A stretch of DNA of 64,000 nucleotides, from assembly GCF_000372725.1 (NCBI RefSeq), contig NW_005201792.1:747440-811439 (forward strand), written 5' to 3'. This DNA comes from Emiliania huxleyi CCMP1516. Its lineage: Eukaryota. The number at the start of each line of letters is the position of its first letter. Position 1 is the first letter of the stretch. The translations under genes and the position numbers were made by a program. Positions 58,340 through 64,000 of the stretch are shown here, in pieces. The notes beneath the pieces are model-generated. The model did no database searches. It was given only the letters and a program-made list of their open reading frames with translations, and was not told where the DNA came from.

Positions 58340-60108
58340 CACCACGCGGAACGCATCTATCTCCATCGCTTCGGTGAAGGAAGGGGGTGAACCGCGCCAT
58401 CCTCGCTCGATCGCCGTGCAAAGCTCGCTTCCAAGCTCTCACGCCGCGCGTAGGGCCTAGGGGCCTAGAGAACACACACCCCTGTCCTTTTTTCTCCCAG
58501 TAACCTAAAAGACATACAACAAAGCTCCCTCTCACGACACTGGGCACGGGGTAGTAATAGACCAGTTTGGTCGCAGGGCGCCCGGGTCGTCTCGCAGCGG
58601 CCCCGCGCGGGGAGGTGGCTGGAGGGCGCTCTGTGTCTCCCCTCACCAGTCGTGCTCGTGCGTAAGCGGTTAGTCTCTCTCTGTCGAACTCACCCGAACG
58701 ATCGAAACCACGCATCGGAATCCCGCGAGAAACCTCGCGGCGCGTCGGGTCTCGCGTCTCGGGGGGACCGCGGGGCGTCCTCATCGCAACCTGTCAGCAG
58801 TCCACCTCTCCGGGTATGTGAGCTGTGAGCTGTGAGGGTCCGCCCGCAGGCGCATTTTGGATACCGCGAGTCGGTGTGCCCGGTCGAGCCGCGAGCGGTG
58901 CCCACATTACGGCTTTTTAGCCTGAGGGTAAGGTTTCTGCAGTTTCTCTTATTATTTTCTGCTGGAGGTGGGAGCCTCGGGAGAGAGAGATTTTTAGCAA
59001 TACCAAACACGTACGTTTTGTTGCCTCAGGTGCTTTTACGCTTTTGATCGGGTCAGGGGAGAGTGCCACCTTTACCACTTTGGTCCTCTCGTAGCGCCAA
59101 GCTTTTACGACCAGGAAAGTGATCTGGCCCTGCGAGGGGGCGTCGCCACGCGCCTTTGTGAGGTCGTGGTCAGGCGAGACATAGATGGTGGCTCGCGAGG
59201 ATGGTGTGGATGGAGGGCGGAACGACGCTCGGGGCAAAGGAGGGAGGCGGTGGAGAGGCGCCCACGCAGACCTCTGGCGGAGGCCACCTCTCGAACCGAC
59301 CAACAGCGTGCTGCCGGTCGGGGCTGATGGACTACAACTCCCCTGTTATGAAAGGCGCAATGGGAGTATGTGAGTGAGTATTCTTGATACGAAACCACGA
59401 CGACACACACCAGTCGACTCGCATCGGTTGCCTCCATGAATGGCGGAGCTATTCTCGCGTCCACACCACACCTGGCTCCAACGTGGACACGCCCAGAGCT
59501 GGGGACACTACTAGGTCACGCATGGCATCAGAAGTTTTCTCTCTGGGCCCCGAAAGGCAGGCTTCTCTAGCAGCGTCGTTACGCATGCGCCCTCCCCTCC
59601 TGGGCGCATGCGCCTCACATCTCGACAGAGCATACGCCCTTGGCGTGTGACGAGACGAGTTCACATCAACTGCCGCAACAGCGCCTCAAAAAAAAAGCCG
59701 ATTTGCAGGTGGCTGATAGTATGTGTAGCGAACTCATCCTCTGAGGGCGCCCGCGTCCCACCCCCGCCTGCCGTCGGCGCGGCGCGGCGCATCGCCCACC
59801 CCGCCACGGCTCGTTTCCGACACCCCGCCGCCACACCCGGGGTGTACACAGCGTTCGTCGCGCGCAGACGTCGCAGACGCTGCGGCAGAGAAGAAATATC
59901 CGCACGCCGCCCCCGCGAACCACAGCCGCGCGCCCCGCTGCGTGCGGACCCACCCTTCGCCGCTGCCACCCTCGCCGCCGCCCAGCCCGCCGCCGTACAC
60001 GCCCCTCAGCCCCATCCCACTCTCCCTTCTCCCGGCAATCGTTACCGCCACGGCCTGTTCACGGGTGCTCCCCCCCCCGGCGCGCGCGCAGACGTCATAA
60101 TCAACAAC

Positions 60109-60429
60109 ATGGCGAAGTCTTCCACCTCCCCGAAGCCGGGCTCGCCCACCTCCATGACCATCACGAAGAACGGGAAGAAGTGACACGCCTCCACACCCGC
60201 CCCGCACACGGCACACGCCCGCACACGCTCCCCCTCCCGCACGCGCCTTACTGCCGCTGAACCCTCACCTCCCGTCGCGCTGCTCCCACGCAGCTACAAG
60301 AAGTTCGTGAAGTACCTCTCCAAGGAGCTCAAGGCGAATGGCAAGGCTTTCGATTTCACGATCGCGGGCGCAAAGTGGGCCTCGCAGGAGGAGGGCCACG
60401 AGTTCAAGTTCGAGTTCGGCGAGGCCTGA
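60109..60429 (+). CDS. Small basic protein with an HMG-box/YABBY-like helix; one intron (about 60180-60293)
   Basis: CAACAACATG start context. MAKSSTSPKPGSPTSMTITKNGK splices through a GT-AG intron to NYKKFVKYLSKELKANGKAFDFTIAGAKWASQEEGHEFKFEFGEA*. Confidence 0.5.
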
Positions 60430-62348
60430 ACGAGCGGCGTCGGTGTGAGAACGGGGGGGCCTGAGCCCACGGCGTGCTAACGTGCGCCCGAGCAAGCGGG
60501 CCGAGCCCCATCCGACTCGCCCGCGCGTCGACGGGGACTGCCATGGTGGTCTATGTTTCTGGTGGTGTCCTGTGCGTGCGCGACTCCGTAAGGGCCGGGC
60601 TCTCTGTGTTCGAGACGTCTGGTTCTCAGAGCAGTACGTCCTTACAACACCACGAGTACGCGCAAAATGGATGAATACCGACAGACCACACGCAAGGGTT
60701 CCCCACCGTACTTCGCGCGCGGCCTCGCACGCCTCACGCGAAGCCCGTGGCGTGCCGTCGTCAGTGCACAAGGCTCGGGGGCATCTCGACTGGCGCGCTC
60801 TCCAACCTGTTGCCGACAGCAAGCATCGGCCGGCTCGGCGCGTCGCAGCACGACCCGCCCGCTCCGGCGTCCAACGCGCCCTCCTTCAGCGTCGTCTCGA
60901 GCGTCGCCGACTCCGTCTTCGGCGGCGGCGCCTCCCGCCGCGCTCGCATCGCCGAGGTGCTCAACATCATCTGCCAGGAGATCGGCACGATATCGCTCCT
61001 CGGCGCCGCCGGACGTCTCCATGGTGGTCACGCAGCCTCTGGCTGGAACGGGATCTACCTCGCAAGCGAGTCACCTGGGCCGGCGCGCGTGTTCCGAGAG
61101 AAGGGCGGGACCTAGTAAGCCGCTAAGCCGGCCGGGCGCGCACAGTCCGTATACCCCGTGATCCCCTCTCATCGGGTGGTGACAAGGGGGCGTCGGCCTT
61201 AGCGTGACAGCAGTCACGGAAGACTGCCCGCCCTTAGCCGGTGGGATCAAGCCAGTACGCCCCCCACGGTTGAGGGGAGGACGACTGTCTCTGACGGCGA
61301 ACCTCAGTTACAAGCCGCCCTCCCCTCGAGACGGCGGGCACCACGCCATTGCACTGGGATAGGGTCGATTCCGCATGGTACGGGACCCCTCGATCGTCTC
61401 CCTCCCTCGCTGGTGTGTTCGTTGGGGAACCGGCCATAACAAACACGTACCACAGGATCGGAGGTGGCACAGGCTCACAGGGTGTCGGCACACACGTATG
61501 AGGTATGTGGACATGCTCTCGGGCTCGATAGTCGATTTTTGAAATTCACAACACAACTCCTCGGCTACTCTGCTGGAGGAATGGTTGGGCAGGTTGTGGG
61601 GGACACGTGCCGGCGTGAATACAACTAACTGACGGATCCGCTCCTGACGGCCGCCCGCGCCGCGCTGCGGCGCGTGCGGCCGTCTTTGTTTGAACGGTTA
61701 AAAGTCGAATCAGGGCGCCGTCGGGGTTGTCCCCCGATTTTGTCCCACGGACCGCCCGTCCGGCACCGCACGCCGGCGAAGCACCATCAAGCTGCTGTAC
61801 GGCCCCGGCATCGCCTCCCCTGGCTTAGCTAGACTGAGAGATATTGTGGGCATGGTGTTGGTCTCTACAATATATACACTGAGACACTTTACCTCCCACA
61901 GAGCTTGTCCCGGTCCGCCACGGCCATCCTCGGCCTCCGAAGGGCCCCCGGCCGCGGCGCGGTGCGGCGGCGTCACAAATCCGACCGGGCAGAGCACCGG
62001 GACGCGGTCGGGCGATCTGAGGTCCAACTAAAGCCGTAGGCGTATGCCGTATGGTATATCGTATATGTGCATTGCCCACCCAGGGCTATCACCTGGACCC
62101 ATCAACAGGCGCCTGCGCGGCGCCGTGGTCAGGGGAGGTGTTGTTCACACCTGCCCAACCACTCATGCAGCACAGTAGGAAAAAGCTCTCGAGCATGTGA
62201 GCCCTTACAGCACAAAACTGCATGGCCCAATTTTATTCGCCTTATATCTCGCGCCAATCGCCAACTCCATTGACCCCTATACGCGTGTGGTCCGTCTCCT
62301 GGGACTCTGACTCGCGCTCTCGCCTCTCCCCCCGCCTCCGCTCGCGCC

Positions 62349-64000
62349 TCAGCAAGCAATCCCGTTGGACCAACGCTGAAACTCGTCGTAGGCGCGGGTG
62401 TAGACGTTGTTGTACGAGAGAGAGACGAGCTGCTCGACTCGCTCGCGCAGCTGCTCCTCTGGAACCTCGAGCATGAGCCTGTCGCGCACCTGTGCGGCGC
62501 GGACCAGCGCGGCTGAGGCGTGGGCGGGCGGGGCTGAGGCGCCTGCCGTTCCAATCGCGGCGCGGCGCGCCTGCCGGAGCGGCGTCTCGACCCCGGAGGC
62601 GAAGCAGAGCATGTCGGAGCGGTAGCCCGTCATCTCGATCAGGGCGAGCAGCGAGTCGGCGTGTGCGCGCGCCGCCCGCAGCGCAGAGGTGCAGAGGTCG
62701 ACGAGCGTCTCGGTGAAGAGCGGCGCAGTGGGGCCGCCCAGCACGCCCACCATCTCTCGGGTGAGCTTGAAGGGCACGGCCGCCTCGAGCGCCGCCCGGC
62801 CGCCCGGCGCGCGCCCGAGCACGAACCCAAAGTCGATGTGGATGAGGTGGCCGTCCCGGTCGAGCAGGATGTTGCCGTTGTGCCGGTCCTTGACGCCGAG
62901 CAGGTAAGTGGCGATCGAGTAGGCGGCGAGCGAGCTCACAAAGTTGTGGCGGGCGGCGGCGCCGCGAGGCGACGACGCGTCGCCGTAATGGTCGAGAAAG
63001 TGCTCCTCGAGCGAGCCGAAGCGAGGAAGCTTCTTGAGGGCATGCAGCGACTGCGTGTTTGGCGAGAACTCGATCAGGCCCGAGCGCGGGCCCGTCGAGA
63101 GGATGGCGTACGGCCGCAGCCACAGCGGCGCGGGGAAGGCGCGCTCGAGGAGCCGCAGCAGCTGCATCACAAACACCTCTTGCCGCACGTCGTCGTTCGC
63201 CTTGGAGAGGAGCGGCACCAGCGCCCAGCCCGACCGGCGCCCGTGCGGCGAAGCGCGCCGGATCCGCTCAACCTTGTCCGCCCACGGCTCGCCGTACAGC
63301 TGGTCGAGGCTGCCCACCCTGCCAACCTCCTCCCGCGACGCGCGGCCGCCCCGCGCAGCCGCGCCCCCGGCCCCGTCCGCGACCCCCTCCGCGGATCCCG
63401 CCTCGGCGGCCGCCGCCGCCGCCGCGCCGCCCAGCCGCGCCGCGACGTCGCTCGGCGGCGGAGGGGCCTCGTCCTCTGCGTCGGAGCGGCGCATCAGCTG
63501 GTCGAGCCACGTCGGCTGCCTCTGCCGCAGCGCGTCGAAGGTGGTGCCCGACCGCTCGGCTCGCACCGCCTCGAAGAGCTGAGAGAGGCGCCGCCGCCGC
63601 CGGTCGGCGACCACCTCGACGAGGAGGAGCGCCGAGGCGCGCTCGCGCGTCACGAAGACGCCAACCTCGTCGGGCGGGATGCGGACCACGCGCCGGAAGG
63701 GGTCCGACGAGGAGCAGAGGGGCACGTAGGCGAGAGGCGGCACCGCCATGCCTCCGACGAGCGCGGCGAGCTTCAGCCTCGCCGCCTCGCTCGCGGGCCT
63801 GCAAGGGAGGAGGACGCGTCACGGTGAAGGGGGGCTTGCTTCCGCCTCGCTGCGGCGTCGCGCCTCCGCTCGATCTCTGGCAGCCCCGAGCCGGGCGTGT
63901 AGAGCTCCTCCGACAGGGCGGCGAGCGAGCGCACAAAGTCGCGCTGCGCCGTCAGGTAGAGCCACGAGCAGCGCTGCGACGTCGAGAGGTGCGCGGCGCC
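62349..64000 (-). CDS. Phosphatidylinositol 4-kinase (type III beta-like), 3' part; begins beyond the right edge
   Basis: YVPL...VVRIPPDE...TRERA, YGEPW..KVERIRRASPHG..GW, KANDDVRQE..MQL, NFVSSLAAYS..YLLGVKDRHNGNILL..GHLIHIDFGF, PFKLT.E and YDEFQRWSNGI. Confidence 0.93.

Noticed and set aside
60747..61115. Coding-like stretch downstream of the small HMG-like gene
   Set aside because: No clear start or family, so a gene cannot be supported.

Overview
This is GC-rich, intron-rich eukaryotic DNA, not prokaryotic. Many inferred introns have GC donors (at least one has a GA donor), there are many low-complexity repeats, and the gene set fits a haptophyte alga such as Emiliania/Gephyrocapsa huxleyi (inference; no search was run). 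About 18 protein-coding loci can be reconstructed by joining ORFs across introns. In order they are: CAND1 (partial), a giant signal-peptide DUF1800+DUF1501 membrane protein, a Costars-domain protein, a FANCF-like protein, a Ctr copper transporter fused to an HMA domain, an SLC4 anion transporter, a disrupted DUF285/BspA-repeat gene, CSN7, an MFS sugar porter, a GT4 (SQD2-like) glycosyltransferase, RPN13, an ATP-grasp protein, a myosin with a PDZ and multi-PH tail, a frameshifted HDAC, a 2OG/Fe(II)-dioxygenase-like + Zn-finger + chromodomain protein, a small HMG/YABBY-like protein and a PI4-kinase (partial), plus a few hypothetical ORFs. Intergenic DNA holds a TIR element with an 8-bp target-site duplication nested inside another repeat, a second MITE-like element, several dispersed repeat families, microsatellites and minisatellites. 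The observations most worth following up are the chromodomain-dioxygenase, a strictly phased 29-30 bp GATCA array with divergent spacers, introns whose 5' ends copy the next exon, and the Ctr-HMA and DUF1800-DUF1501 fusions. All exon boundaries are inferred by eye and need transcript confirmation.
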